This document shows positions 53,706 through 62,842 of a DNA stretch of 64,000 nt, one piece after another. The notes under the pieces were generated by a model that worked only from the letters and a program-made list of their open reading frames with translations, was not told the DNA's origin and did no database searches. The stretch comes from a virus. Each line of letters starts with the position of its first letter. Position 1 is the stretch's first letter. A program made the position numbers and the translations under genes. The stretch lies in the IMG/VR virus record IMGVR_UViG_3300028920_000027, positions 1-64,000 of that record. One strand, given 5' to 3'.

Positions 53706-54288
53706 GGGACCTCTCCGCGAGCTGTTTCAATTGATCAGCTCCGTACCCCTCCAGCAGCTTGATGGGGTCCTCCTGCACTTTCATCGGGGGGTGGATGTCA
53801 ACCTTGGCGAAGAACAAAAACCAAACTCTCTTCCACCAGGGCATCTGATCAACATAAGGAGCCACGATTTGACCCAAGACCCATAGCAACTCATGGACCT
53901 CGGGCAGATGCTTCTTCAGCCAATCAGCGTCGTTGACGTTCCGACGGAACTCAGCAAAAACCTCCTCCTTTTTGAGAGACTGGACCGGCTCGAACTTACC
54001 ACATCTCTGAGCGTCGACCGGTTCATCACAGAGGTCCCCTGGCCACGTCTCGCTGTCCTCGGACCCGTACATGCAAAGCCCTATCTCTTGAACGACTGGC
54101 AACCCCCCGGCCGCCGTGATGCGGTTATAGCTGGGGTTGGGGCCCCCCTCGACGGTCTTGCGGTAGTCGAGGGAATGACGCTGATTGAAGCGACAGTGCT
54201 GGGGTAGGCGTGGAATGGACAGCCGCCGCATCAGCTCGCTGAACAACAGCGCTCGAACTCGGTCCTCGATCTCCTTTAAATTTCGCAT
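53695..54288 (-). CDS. Hypothetical Cys-containing protein
   Basis: 197 aa, four spaced Cys (HCRF, LCMY, LCDE, RCGK); packed in the operon. Confidence 0.7.
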   Translation of the reverse strand: MRNLKEIEDRVRALLFSELMRRLSIPRLPQHCRFNQRHSLDYRKTVEGGPNPSYNRITAAGGLPVVQEIGLCMYGSEDSETWPGDLCDEPVDAQRCGKFEPVQSLKKEEVFAEFRRNVNDADWLKKHLPEVHELLWVLGQIVAPYVDQMPWWKRVWFLFFAKVDIHPPMKVQEDPIKLLEGYGADQLKQLAERSHDS

Positions 54289-54290
54289 TA

Positions 54291-54965
54291 TCAGGCACCC
54301 CTCAGGGTCAGGTGCCGACGGCCACCCTCGACGACCTCGACACAGCGGTAAGCTCGGTTGGCGTGCGTGACGTAACCTTGCTTGTGAGTGACCAGCAGCA
54401 CGTCGATGCCGGTCTCCTTGGCGAGCTGGCGAAGAAAGTGCCCAGTACGCTCAACGTACTCTTCACTGACGGCGCCCAAGCTTTCGTCAAGAACCAGTAT
54501 GGGGATTCGCTTGAGCTTGACCATCGTCATCAAGCGAATGATAAGCGAAGCCACACTACAAGGCCCGCCCCCGAACGAATCCAGGGGCTTGCCTCGAATG
54601 CTCAAGGGGTTCTCGGGCTTACCCTCCCTGATGTAGAACTCGATCCAGACCTTGCCATGCTTAGGCACCAGCTCGGCCTCGAAGCTCAGGTCAAGATCAT
54701 GGAAAATAGCTTCCAAACCTTCTCCCACGATCTTGCGCAGTGCCTCAACCTGATCGTTGATGAGCAAGTCCATGAGCTTGCGGAGGCCCTGCCCCGTTTG
54801 ATCGAGCATCAAGCTTTGGTGGTCGAGGTGATCAATCTGCTTCCGGATCTGGGATCCTTGTGTACGAAGGCGGTCCCGTAACGTCACCAGACGCTCGGCC
54901 TTCAACTCCAACTGACGGAGTCGAGCGATCAATCCCGAGAGGGCATGAAGCGTGTCACTTGACAC
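54291..54965 (-). CDS. Rad50/SbcC ATPase, C-terminal half
   Basis: Coiled coil followed by signature-like SFGGG, Walker B ILVLDES and H-loop LLVTH; no Walker A. Confidence 0.88.
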   Translation of the reverse strand: MSSDTLHALSGLIARLRQLELKAERLVTLRDRLRTQGSQIRKQIDHLDHQSLMLDQTGQGLRKLMDLLINDQVEALRKIVGEGLEAIFHDLDLSFEAELVPKHGKVWIEFYIREGKPENPLSIRGKPLDSFGGGPCSVASLIIRLMTMVKLKRIPILVLDESLGAVSEEYVERTGHFLRQLAKETGIDVLLVTHKQGYVTHANRAYRCVEVVEGGRRHLTLRGA

Positions 54966-56173
54966 AAGTGCGCCTTATTCTCATCGTCCTGTCCTATAAG
55001 GACCTGACCGTTGTCATCGAGCCAGAATTCGTCGATGGTGCGGAAGGTCGCAACCTTCTTCTTACCCTTGGGCGCCAAGATTGCAACTCGAAGCTCGATC
55101 TCATGAGCCTTGACGGGGTTCACCAGGTCGAGAAGGTGGTTGACGTTGGCATTGATGGCAAAGCCATCCTCCCCTTCGACAGGGTCAACCCCCACGGGCA
55201 CGACCCCCACGGGCACGCTGTTAGCCACATTGGTACCCCCATCGCTCGCCACAAAACGGAGACTGGATTCGGAACTCGTATAGATCACCCGAATCTTGTC
55301 GAGCTTGGGGTCCAACTCGGCACGAGCATACTTCAACGCCTTTACCAGGAAGGTGCGGGGGGCCCGCAAGATGTACTTGTCGGCCTTGAGTGGGTAATAG
55401 CTGAATTTCCCATGCTCCCTCTCATGCTTGGCGCACCCCAATATAGCCCCTTCAGAGTTGACGAAGTAGACCATATTCGGAGCCGTCAAAACCTTGACCA
55501 TTCCCGACGAGTGGGACAAAAACGACAGGATCTGGGGCAGATGTTGCACCCCGAGTCCAAGACCCTTGTCTTTGAACGCCTCGCAATAAAAGTAGAACGC
55601 GCAGACGCCCGTGGCAGCGAATAGGAAGCCATTACCCTTAGCCCACTCCTCCTTCGAGGAATCAAAGATCTGGAACGTCTGAAAGTGCTCGTTCTCGTCA
55701 CGAGCGGCACTGCTCTTGGCCAGGTATGGTTTAGCCAAGGTAAGAGCCTCCCTAAGGACGGCGATAGGGTACTCCCGCTCACCCTCAGCGTCGGACAAGT
55801 CACAGGGACTCATAAAGCGGGCCTCAAATGATGTCTTCTTGCTGGAGGCTCCGCCCTCGGTCTCGTAGGAGACCGAGCATTCCTCGGGATTCGACGAGAA
55901 CTCAATCCACCCGTCAAGGCACTGGAGCGCGCCAACCTGATTGGCAGGGTAGATGAAGCTCCCCTCCCCTCGCACGTCCTCGACTTCAAGGGCCGCTCGT
56001 GACGTGTGGAATTGATCACGAGAATGCACCTCACACTTACCGTCCTTGATGACAAACAAGTACCCCGCCCCTCCCTGGGGAGTCACCGAGGAGGGGGTTA
56101 CAATCCCAACCAACCTCAACACGGCATGGAGGTGTGTCGCCTGTGTGCGAAACGTGATGTTGCTCATACTCAT
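54929..56173 (-). CDS. DNA sliding clamp (beta-subunit-like)
   Basis: 414 aa with three-domain clamp periodicity (HLHAVLRLV, AVLREALTLA, FLVKALKYA; AINANVNHLLD); two genes cluster with dnaX. Confidence 0.7.
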   Translation of the reverse strand: MSMSNITFRTQATHLHAVLRLVGIVTPSSVTPQGGAGYLFVIKDGKCEVHSRDQFHTSRAALEVEDVRGEGSFIYPANQVGALQCLDGWIEFSSNPEECSVSYETEGGASSKKTSFEARFMSPCDLSDAEGEREYPIAVLREALTLAKPYLAKSSAARDENEHFQTFQIFDSSKEEWAKGNGFLFAATGVCAFYFYCEAFKDKGLGLGVQHLPQILSFLSHSSGMVKVLTAPNMVYFVNSEGAILGCAKHEREHGKFSYYPLKADKYILRAPRTFLVKALKYARAELDPKLDKIRVIYTSSESSLRFVASDGGTNVANSVPVGVVPVGVDPVEGEDGFAINANVNHLLDLVNPVKAHEIELRVAILAPKGKKKVATFRTIDEFWLDDNGQVLIGQDDENKAHLCQVTRFMPSRD

Positions 56174-56451
56174 CCCTGTCCTTCGTCGTAGGTGCTCAGT
56201 GCATCTTCAACATTTGTCAGATCCTTCTCGAACTGGTCCAGCAGCTCGACCAACCGCTTCTCTGCCTTGTCCCGTTCAGACTTGATGGTCTTGGGGTCGT
56301 AGCCCGCGGCCTTGATTTCCTGGCTGAGGTCAGCCAGCTCCCTCTTCTTGGCGCCCAACTCGCCCTTGAAACGCTCCTTCTTCCCTTTGGCGGCTTCATA
56401 CCGACGTGACAAGTCATCAAAACGCTTCCTGAGTTGCTCGAAGTCGGCCAT
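56170..56451 (-). CDS. Small coiled-coil protein
   Basis: Start MADFEQ at 56451 with AAGGAG RBS; 93 aa with heptad pattern throughout. Confidence 0.8.
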   Translation of the reverse strand: MADFEQLRKRFDDLSRRYEAAKGKKERFKGELGAKKRELADLSQEIKAAGYDPKTIKSERDKAEKRLVELLDQFEKDLTNVEDALSTYDEGQG

Positions 56452-56467
56452 TGATCTCCTTCTCCCT

Positions 56468-57367
56468 TTACACCGCGCCATGCGGCGCTGCACGGCGCCG
56501 CGCCTCCAATTTTTTGACAACGGCCGCTCCTCGAGGGCACAGGTCCTGAGTGGCGAACGTGCAAAAACGACAATTCTGCTGACTAGGCTTCGGTTTGAAG
56601 GTCTTTTTCACCTGCTCGATGCCCTGCCCATCAGTCTCTTCGAGCCAAGCTGCTGTCTGAGCGATGATGCCCATCACCTTGGCCTTGAAAGCGTCCAACT
56701 TACCCTCGTCGAAGTCCAACCACATGAGGGCGTCCTGAGGCGAAAACCTCCACAGGAAGTATCCCAACTTGTCAGGGGCTTTGCCGAAACGCTCTCGGTG
56801 CAGTACGCCGTACCACAACAGCTGGTCCCAATCGAGGTAGCGGACTGCACGCTTCTTGGAGCCCTTACCGTCCAAGATCACCTTATCGCACAGGGGCTTG
56901 GCCCGCCGAATCATGAAGTCGACGCGACCCCCCAACTTGTGCCCGTCTACCTCGGAATCGAGCTTGATCTCGGCCCGCGCCATGGGGCCCAGCAGTCGGT
57001 GAAACCGGATGGCACCGAGCGCCCGAGGGACCGTATCTCGAACGTCAGCCTCCAGCTCCTCTCGTGAAGCGTAGTTACTGCCCTCCCCATCGAACTCGAT
57101 GTAACGACCCTTCTTGTTTGACTCTTCGTCGATCACCCGCTGCACGGTCTCATCGACCAAGTCCATGACGAGCTTACGGGGCTTGGGATCTCGCGAGCGC
57201 CACAGCTCTCTCTCGTAGAAATCCTCGATGAGCGACGACACAATGGACCCATAGAGCGTGTTGACGGCGTTCTCCTCCTTCCCCAGATCTGGCTGGCCCA
57301 CATAGGCAAACCAGTAGCGAAGGGCACAGTCCCGGAGGTACTTGTAACCGGAGTAAGAGAGGTACAT
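56468..57367 (-). CDS. PD-(D/E)XK exonuclease (RecB/Cas4/AddB-like) with four-Cys staple
   Basis: N-terminal CALRY, GRVDF, ILDGK, DQLLWY and C-terminal CRFC..QDLC. Confidence 0.88.
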   Translation of the reverse strand: MYLSYSGYKYLRDCALRYWFAYVGQPDLGKEENAVNTLYGSIVSSLIEDFYERELWRSRDPKPRKLVMDLVDETVQRVIDEESNKKGRYIEFDGEGSNYASREELEADVRDTVPRALGAIRFHRLLGPMARAEIKLDSEVDGHKLGGRVDFMIRRAKPLCDKVILDGKGSKKRAVRYLDWDQLLWYGVLHRERFGKAPDKLGYFLWRFSPQDALMWLDFDEGKLDAFKAKVMGIIAQTAAWLEETDGQGIEQVKKTFKPKPSQQNCRFCTFATQDLCPRGAAVVKKLEARRRAAPHGAV

Positions 57368-59434
57368 CTACTTCTTCCTCGCGCGGGCACGCTCTAGATA
57401 CTCCAGAATCAAGCTGGAGACTTCCTGACTCACGTCCAGCGACCCGATGTTGTCCTCCAGGGACGCCGATGTGTCCAAATCCTGCTGCTGTCGCAGCGAC
57501 CGCGCAAACTCCTCGATGACCTCCTGACGCTGCTCCTGCCGATCTTTCTTCTCCAGGTCGAACACCTCACTGGCAGGGGGTACCCGCAGGGGGACCTCTT
57601 GGGCGCTGATCCCGCTGAAGTTCGTCTGGAGGATCGCAACCTTAGGGACCCGAGTCAGATTCTCCTTAACCAGAGCGCCACGACTGAGAGCGCCCAGGTT
57701 GACGAAGGTCTTCCCGCCAACCTTCACGATCCCCTGGTCGATGTGCCAATGCCCAAAGCAGTTGTGTACCAGCAAACCCCCAGCAACGTACTGCTCTGAA
57801 CTGGTTCGGAAGTTGTGGACGGGCCCCTTGTAGGCGACGTCGCATATTTCAGTGATCCTTGCATAATACAAGCCCTCATGGAAGAAGCCGGACACACGGG
57901 TTTTCTGACGCTCTGGGGGCCTAATCCCCATGCGAGAGGCTAACTCGCAACCAGAGTCCCCATAGAAGGCCACAATGTGGCAGGGGTGGTTCTGGTGCTG
58001 TTTAGGAGGACACACTTGGAAGCAGGGGCGCCAGCCCACAGACAGAGCCAGGAAGAACAATTGGAAAGCCAGTTTCCGAGAAGCTGTAGCCCCCGCAACC
58101 TCTACCTTGGTCGACCTGGCATGCCCATCCCCCAACAGCCAGCCAAGCAGAAGCTCCTTACGATCAATAGTCGGACGTTCCCATACCCAAGCAGAGACCT
58201 CTTTTTGGTCTGAATAGCGGCCGCCGTGCTCTTTGAAAAAGGCGGTGATGTTGAGACCGTAGGCGCACAGTTGGATGCAGTTGGGGTTATCTGGGTGCGC
58301 GTGCTCATGAACGGTCAAACCGAAGTGACGCTTCACAAGAGTCTTGACGTCGAGGTGTAAGGCATGTTCGAGAATATGAAAACTCCAGCCAACACCGGCT
58401 ACAGGGGCGCCCTTGCGATTGTTGATCAAGTGCCCCTCAGCAAGATAATAACCTAGTAGTCGAGACAGTCCTGCATACGAACGAGCCTCCGTGGGAACTG
58501 AAGGAACGGGCACCCCCAAGTAGTCACCCTTAACAAGGCTTCCTGCGGCGCACCAAGTGGGCTCCACGAAAGGCTTGTCAGTGCAACTACTACAGGGCGC
58601 TGATGAGGCCGTCTTATCTGGGTAACAACGGCGATTAACCTTGGCGGCCCAGAAGGGGTGTTCTGACGTAACACCTTCAACGAGCGGAGGTAGCCCCTCG
58701 ACCTCGAAATGGATCAGAGGCTCATTCACTTGCCTTGGGGGGTGGACAGCCTCCACCACGGTCGACTTTGAGCCCGCCATGTGCTGGCCGACCTGCACGT
58801 CCTCAATGGGGATAGGTCGGTATAAGGCGTCCAGTACAGGTGTCTGTGGGGGAAAGCACCAGGCATCAGGGCCCCCTTCATAGACGAGATCCCTGTATCG
58901 GAAAACTGGCTCCCCAAAAAACTCCTCAACGCGGGTAGGCGGATTCTCAGCAGCAAGCTGGTGGACGATGGCTACCAAGTGCTCCCCGTCCTTCTTGTGT
59001 GCCTGCCGCAGCTCGTCGAGGGTACGGTTGGGGGCGTAGGGAAACCCCACCACGCGTACGCATTCGGGCCCCTCCCCAAACGTCACGTCCCGCAACTTCT
59101 TGAACACCCCCGCCTCGTAGAGGACGCCGATGGGTTGCCTATCCACAGTGTCGAGGTTGTTATGGGCCATGTCGTGGTTGCCCTCGACATGGTACACCGG
59201 ACAAGGATAACCAGCGTGTAGAGACGCCGTACGCGCTACCAAGGCGTGTGAATTGCGAGTGGCCGCCTTGACGTGGAAGTAGTCACCCCCATCGAGCACC
59301 GCCTCGACCGCTTGCTCTTCCGCGATGTGACCCACCTGAGTCAGCAGGTCCCACACCTCTGCCTGGTAGTCGCCCTTCCAACTCAAGGGGGAGCGATCTG
59401 ATACATGGCAATCGGTGCGGAACAGCAGCTTCAT
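57368..59434 (-). CDS. sbcD: Mre11/SbcD metallophosphoesterase with intein
   Basis: TDCH, GGDYFH and EGNHD motifs; W|CFGHWH motif split by an intein. Confidence 0.92.
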   Translation of the reverse strand: MKLLFRTDCHVSDRSPLSWKGDYQAEVWDLLTQVGHIAEEQAVEAVLDGGDYFHVKAATRNSHALVARTASLHAGYPCPVYHVEGNHDMAHNNLDTVDRQPIGVLYEAGVFKKLRDVTFGEGPECVRVVGFPYAPNRTLDELRQAHKKDGEHLVAIVHQLAAENPPTRVEEFFGEPVFRYRDLVYEGGPDAWCFPPQTPVLDALYRPIPIEDVQVGQHMAGSKSTVVEAVHPPRQVNEPLIHFEVEGLPPLVEGVTSEHPFWAAKVNRRCYPDKTASSAPCSSCTDKPFVEPTWCAAGSLVKGDYLGVPVPSVPTEARSYAGLSRLLGYYLAEGHLINNRKGAPVAGVGWSFHILEHALHLDVKTLVKRHFGLTVHEHAHPDNPNCIQLCAYGLNITAFFKEHGGRYSDQKEVSAWVWERPTIDRKELLLGWLLGDGHARSTKVEVAGATASRKLAFQLFFLALSVGWRPCFQVCPPKQHQNHPCHIVAFYGDSGCELASRMGIRPPERQKTRVSGFFHEGLYYARITEICDVAYKGPVHNFRTSSEQYVAGGLLVHNCFGHWHIDQGIVKVGGKTFVNLGALSRGALVKENLTRVPKVAILQTNFSGISAQEVPLRVPPASEVFDLEKKDRQEQRQEVIEEFARSLRQQQDLDTSASLEDNIGSLDVSQEVSSLILEYLERARARKK
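57761..58858 (-). mobile_element. Intein with LAGLIDADG endonuclease in SbcD (366 aa)
   Basis: Starts CFPPQTPV (aa 193), TSEHPF, LLGYYLAEG, LLLGWLLGDG, ends VHN before Cys. Confidence 0.93.
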
Positions 59435-60783
59435 CAGTGAATACGATGTCCCGGTTCGAGCCGTTGCTCACAAGTTGGGCACGCGCCAAGTGCCTCGAAC
59501 TCGCTGATCAACTGGGTGACTTCATTCTCACACCGAACACAGCGAGCTTCTGCTTCTTCGACTTCAGCCGCCAGCTTGTCGTACCGAGTCGCAGTCTGGC
59601 AAAGCCAGACGAACTGCTGGTAACTTGCCTTCAAGGTTTTAGGGTCCAGCAGCTTGGGCTTGACCGCCTCGGTGAGCGTCAAAAACTTGACCTTGAGCCG
59701 CTTCAGGTAGTTGAGCCACTTGACCAAACGCTTCAGCTCTTCCCTCGCCTGATGGATGGGCTCGAGTTTCGGCAGCTCGACCAGGCAGGTTTGCTCCAGC
59801 GTCACAATCTGCGGCTCCAGAGGCGTCAGCCGATCGCTCCAACCGGTCAGCAAGGTAAACTCTTCCCGCTGCTCGGCAGGGGGTTTCATGAGAGCCGGCT
59901 TCGTAGCAGTCTCCAGGGCGTCCACATGGGCCACCAAAGCTTCGTAGTCATGCTCGAAGCGCCTCAGGTCCAGGATTCTGTGAAAGCTCTCCTGAAGGCT
60001 CTGAGGGACCGGTAACTCGGGCTTAACCGCCGTGCGCAAAGCTCGAATGGCCACCGCGTACTCTTCCAGCTTCGACAGAAACCCCAAGAGCCGATCTAGC
60101 TCGTCCCCCACAGCCTCGACCCGCTTTCGGTCGGCCTCAACTTCCCGGACCCGAGTGGTGGCCTCATCGAGGCCGTCGTAGGTCTTCAACTCGTCTTCCA
60201 GCTTGATGAGGTCCCCCACCCGAACCTTGCGTTCGGACACCGCCGCACGCCGGTCTTTCTCAACCAAGCGTAGGGCCTCGTTCAGGTCATCGAGCTTGGC
60301 CACGTCCCCAAGGACGTCCGCCGCTACTGAGCCCGACTCCCCGAGCAAGAAGATCGGCTTGAACTGGTCCCCCACCTGGACAACAACCTTGTCGTCCCCA
60401 ACTTTGAGTGGCTCGAACCCTTCCAAGAAGTGGAGGTTGCCACGTTCGACCTTAGTGTAGACCTGCTTCTTTCCCGCAGTATTCCACACGGTGTACTGAT
60501 TGACAGCATCACCCTTCTCCCACTTAAAGGTCATCTTGCCAACGATCTCGATACGCACCGTGCAATGACACTTGCACTTCTTGGCGTTGCGCCGAATACG
60601 GGCGCACGTTGCAGGGCTATGGCGCACAAAGTCTGACCCCTTGGCTCCGGTAAGAGCATACTTGACGGCTCGGATCAGGGCGCTCTTCCCAATGTTCGAC
60701 CTCCCGACCAAGGCGGTGAACCCGTCAACCTCGACCTCGACGTGCTCCAGGCTCTGAAAGTTGTCGACTGTGATCTTCAGCAT
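59434..60783 (-). CDS. Rad50/SbcC ATPase, N-terminal half ending at the zinc hook
   Basis: NFQS, Walker A GRSNIGKS, Q-loop VQVGDQ, long coil, ends CPTCEQ...; no Walker B. Confidence 0.9.
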   Translation of the reverse strand: MLKITVDNFQSLEHVEVEVDGFTALVGRSNIGKSALIRAVKYALTGAKGSDFVRHSPATCARIRRNAKKCKCHCTVRIEIVGKMTFKWEKGDAVNQYTVWNTAGKKQVYTKVERGNLHFLEGFEPLKVGDDKVVVQVGDQFKPIFLLGESGSVAADVLGDVAKLDDLNEALRLVEKDRRAAVSERKVRVGDLIKLEDELKTYDGLDEATTRVREVEADRKRVEAVGDELDRLLGFLSKLEEYAVAIRALRTAVKPELPVPQSLQESFHRILDLRRFEHDYEALVAHVDALETATKPALMKPPAEQREEFTLLTGWSDRLTPLEPQIVTLEQTCLVELPKLEPIHQAREELKRLVKWLNYLKRLKVKFLTLTEAVKPKLLDPKTLKASYQQFVWLCQTATRYDKLAAEVEEAEARCVRCENEVTQLISEFEALGACPTCEQRLEPGHRIH

Positions 60784-62177
60784 CAGTCAGCCAGAGCTTC
60801 CTCCGCCTCCGCAACATCATCAGGCTCGTCCACGTCCCCCATGCCTTCCCCACTATCTTCCTCTTCGATATCTGAAGCCTCGAAGGCGTCTTCGTCGAAG
60901 TCCGAGGGGACGTCGTCGAGAACTGTATCTCCGGCGTCTCCCATGATGACGTTGAGGCCGTCGAGGCCCTCTTCAATCAAATCTTCCTGAGAGGGGTCCT
61001 CACCCAGGGCCGCCAAATCTTCCGAGCGAATGGCCTCCCCCACCAATCCCTTGACCTCTGTGAAAATGGATGGGTGCTCGCGGAAGAAGGTTCGCATTCC
61101 CTCTCTACCCTTGATCTTGTGCGGACCGTAGGTGTACACCGCACCATTGCGCTTGACGATACCGTGAGCACTTGCAGTATCGATGATACTGAACAGCTCG
61201 TCGATGCCCTGTCCATAGCGGATGAAGATCTCAGTCTCGTGACCTTGCTTACCATCAAGCTTGTTCTTGATGACACGGACGTTGGTCTTGTTGCCGTAGG
61301 GGAAGGACCGGGACTTGCGCGTGGCAGGGTCCTTGCGCTTGACATACTCATGTCCCTTGCTGGTCGTACGCAATCGAACGGCACAGTAGAACTTGAGGGC
61401 CTTACCGCCTGATGTGTTTTTGTTGGCGCCCTTGGCCTGCTGACCGTCGATGGCCGAGCGCTCCTGGTTGACCCAGATAAGGGAGGTACCCCTCCCAGGC
61501 GCGTCGTGGAGCCACTTCTGAATCAGGGGCAGGAAGCGACTCATCTGGCGAGCCTGAGCACCGATGGTCTCTGCCTGGTCGACCTTCTTGCCCAAGCTCG
61601 ATGCAGGGATCATGGCAGACACACTGTCCACCACGATCAGGTCGGCCCCCGCCATGATCGAGATGTAGATGTCCTTGACCCCATCCTCCAACGTGTTGGG
61701 TTGGTAGATGAGGAGATTACTCTGATCGAAGTTGACCCCTAGATTCTGGGCATACCCATGTTGGAGGGCATGCTCAAAGTCGAGAAACACCGCCACGCCG
61801 CCTTCCTGTTGGGCACTAGCGACGGCCTCCAACGACATGGTGGTCTTCCCGCTCGACTCTGGACCGTACAGCTCGACCATGTAGCGGCGGGGGTACCCCG
61901 GACAGACGAGAGTCTTCCCATCAGTTGCCAGAGTGCCACCGATCAAGGTATCCACCAAGAGACTACCTGACGGTACCACATCGAGCCCACTCAAGTTCTT
62001 TGAGACAGGATCAGCGCCCATGTTCTTCTTGATGTTGGCGCGGATAAGGCCAGCTACGTCCTTCTTGGACCCTGCCTTCTTCGTGACTGCCGCCTTCTTG
62101 ACGGGAGCCTTCTTCGCCGCCTTCTTGACGGGAGCCTTCTTCGCCGGGGTAGTGATGGTTTTCTTCGTAGCAGCCAT
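60783..62177 (-). CDS. recA: RecA recombinase with basic N-terminal and acidic C-terminal extensions
   Basis: ELYGPESSGKTT, FLDFEHAL, IVVDSVSAM, QARQMS, SGGKALKFY. Confidence 0.97.
   Translation of the reverse strand: MAATKKTITTPAKKAPVKKAAKKAPVKKAAVTKKAGSKKDVAGLIRANIKKNMGADPVSKNLSGLDVVPSGSLLVDTLIGGTLATDGKTLVCPGYPRRYMVELYGPESSGKTTMSLEAVASAQQEGGVAVFLDFEHALQHGYAQNLGVNFDQSNLLIYQPNTLEDGVKDIYISIMAGADLIVVDSVSAMIPASSLGKKVDQAETIGAQARQMSRFLPLIQKWLHDAPGRGTSLIWVNQERSAIDGQQAKGANKNTSGGKALKFYCAVRLRTTSKGHEYVKRKDPATRKSRSFPYGNKTNVRVIKNKLDGKQGHETEIFIRYGQGIDELFSIIDTASAHGIVKRNGAVYTYGPHKIKGREGMRTFFREHPSIFTEVKGLVGEAIRSEDLAALGEDPSQEDLIEEGLDGLNVIMGDAGDTVLDDVPSDFDEDAFEASDIEEEDSGEGMGDVDEPDDVAEAEEALAD
62091..62144. repeat. 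27-bp tandem repeat x2 (AKKAPVKKA)
   Basis: cgccttcttgacgggagccttcttcgc repeated twice. Confidence 0.93.
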
Positions 62178-62179
62178 GT

Positions 62180-62842
62180 TCAGGTCTCCACATCCACATC
62201 CTCCGGAGCCAACTGACTGAACCGGAAGTATCGACTGTTCTCTTTGAAAGCGAGCCCCGCCCTCGTAGTCTTGCCCGCGTTGCGCCCGCGTGTGTAGGTG
62301 TGAATGCGCGCGTAAGAGTTGCGCTCCGAAGGGGTCAGCTCATCCTCACTAATCTTGCCGTTCACGAAATTCCAGAAGCGCGCGGCCTGGCGAGCAACGA
62401 TGAAGGCGTCAGCCTCGTTGTGATTCCAGCGCTGGATACCAGTATCCCCCCTGGCAGCGTCCACCATGTCAGCTTTCTCCATTCGACCACGCCGAACCTT
62501 GGGATCCATCCGCGCCAACGACTTGAGGCTCGTTGGGTCGAAGTAGACAACATCCTTACGGGACAAGTATGCTGCTTCGTTGACCTGGACAAACAGGCCA
62601 TACATCCCTTCGGAAAACTCTTCTCCATACAATGGGGACTCGACCCCCATGGCCTCGACAGGATACCGTTCCAGCAACTCACACGTCCTCTCACGCAAGT
62701 AGATGTAGCGCTTCACAAACACCCACTTGGAGGGGGTCGAGAAAACGCCCTTGGCCCGGACCCTAGCCTCACCGCCGACTGAGTTGTCATGGACACACCA
62801 GCCGAACCCCGTAAGACTAGGGTCGAGGCCGAGCGTGATCAC
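62180..62842 (-). CDS. ruvC: RuvC-like Holliday junction resolvase
   Basis: ITLGLDPSLTGFGW, MGVES, PTSLKS, KADMV, HNEADAF. Confidence 0.88.
   Translation of the reverse strand: MITLGLDPSLTGFGWCVHDNSVGGEARVRAKGVFSTPSKWVFVKRYIYLRERTCELLERYPVEAMGVESPLYGEEFSEGMYGLFVQVNEAAYLSRKDVVYFDPTSLKSLARMDPKVRRGRMEKADMVDAARGDTGIQRWNHNEADAFIVARQAARFWNFVNGKISEDELTPSERNSYARIHTYTRGRNAGKTTRAGLAFKENSRYFRFSQLAPEDVDVET

Noticed and set aside
56465-56474. GGTGTAAAGG as another GGTGTAnnnT promoter
   Set aside because: It lacks the final T and is explained by the GTG-TAA end of the upstream gene.
56468-57367. Cas4-like nuclease as evidence of a CRISPR-Cas system
   Set aside because: No cas1/cas2 or array in the window; the context is recombination genes, typical of solo phage PD-(D/E)XK nucleases.
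8-62782. Many long plus-strand ORFs in the track (e.g. 12611-13564, 26430-27326, 37106-38059, 40265-41218, 56312-57067)
   Set aside because: They are antisense shadows of well-supported minus-strand genes in GC-rich DNA, with no motifs or RBS and Arg/Pro/Ser-biased composition.
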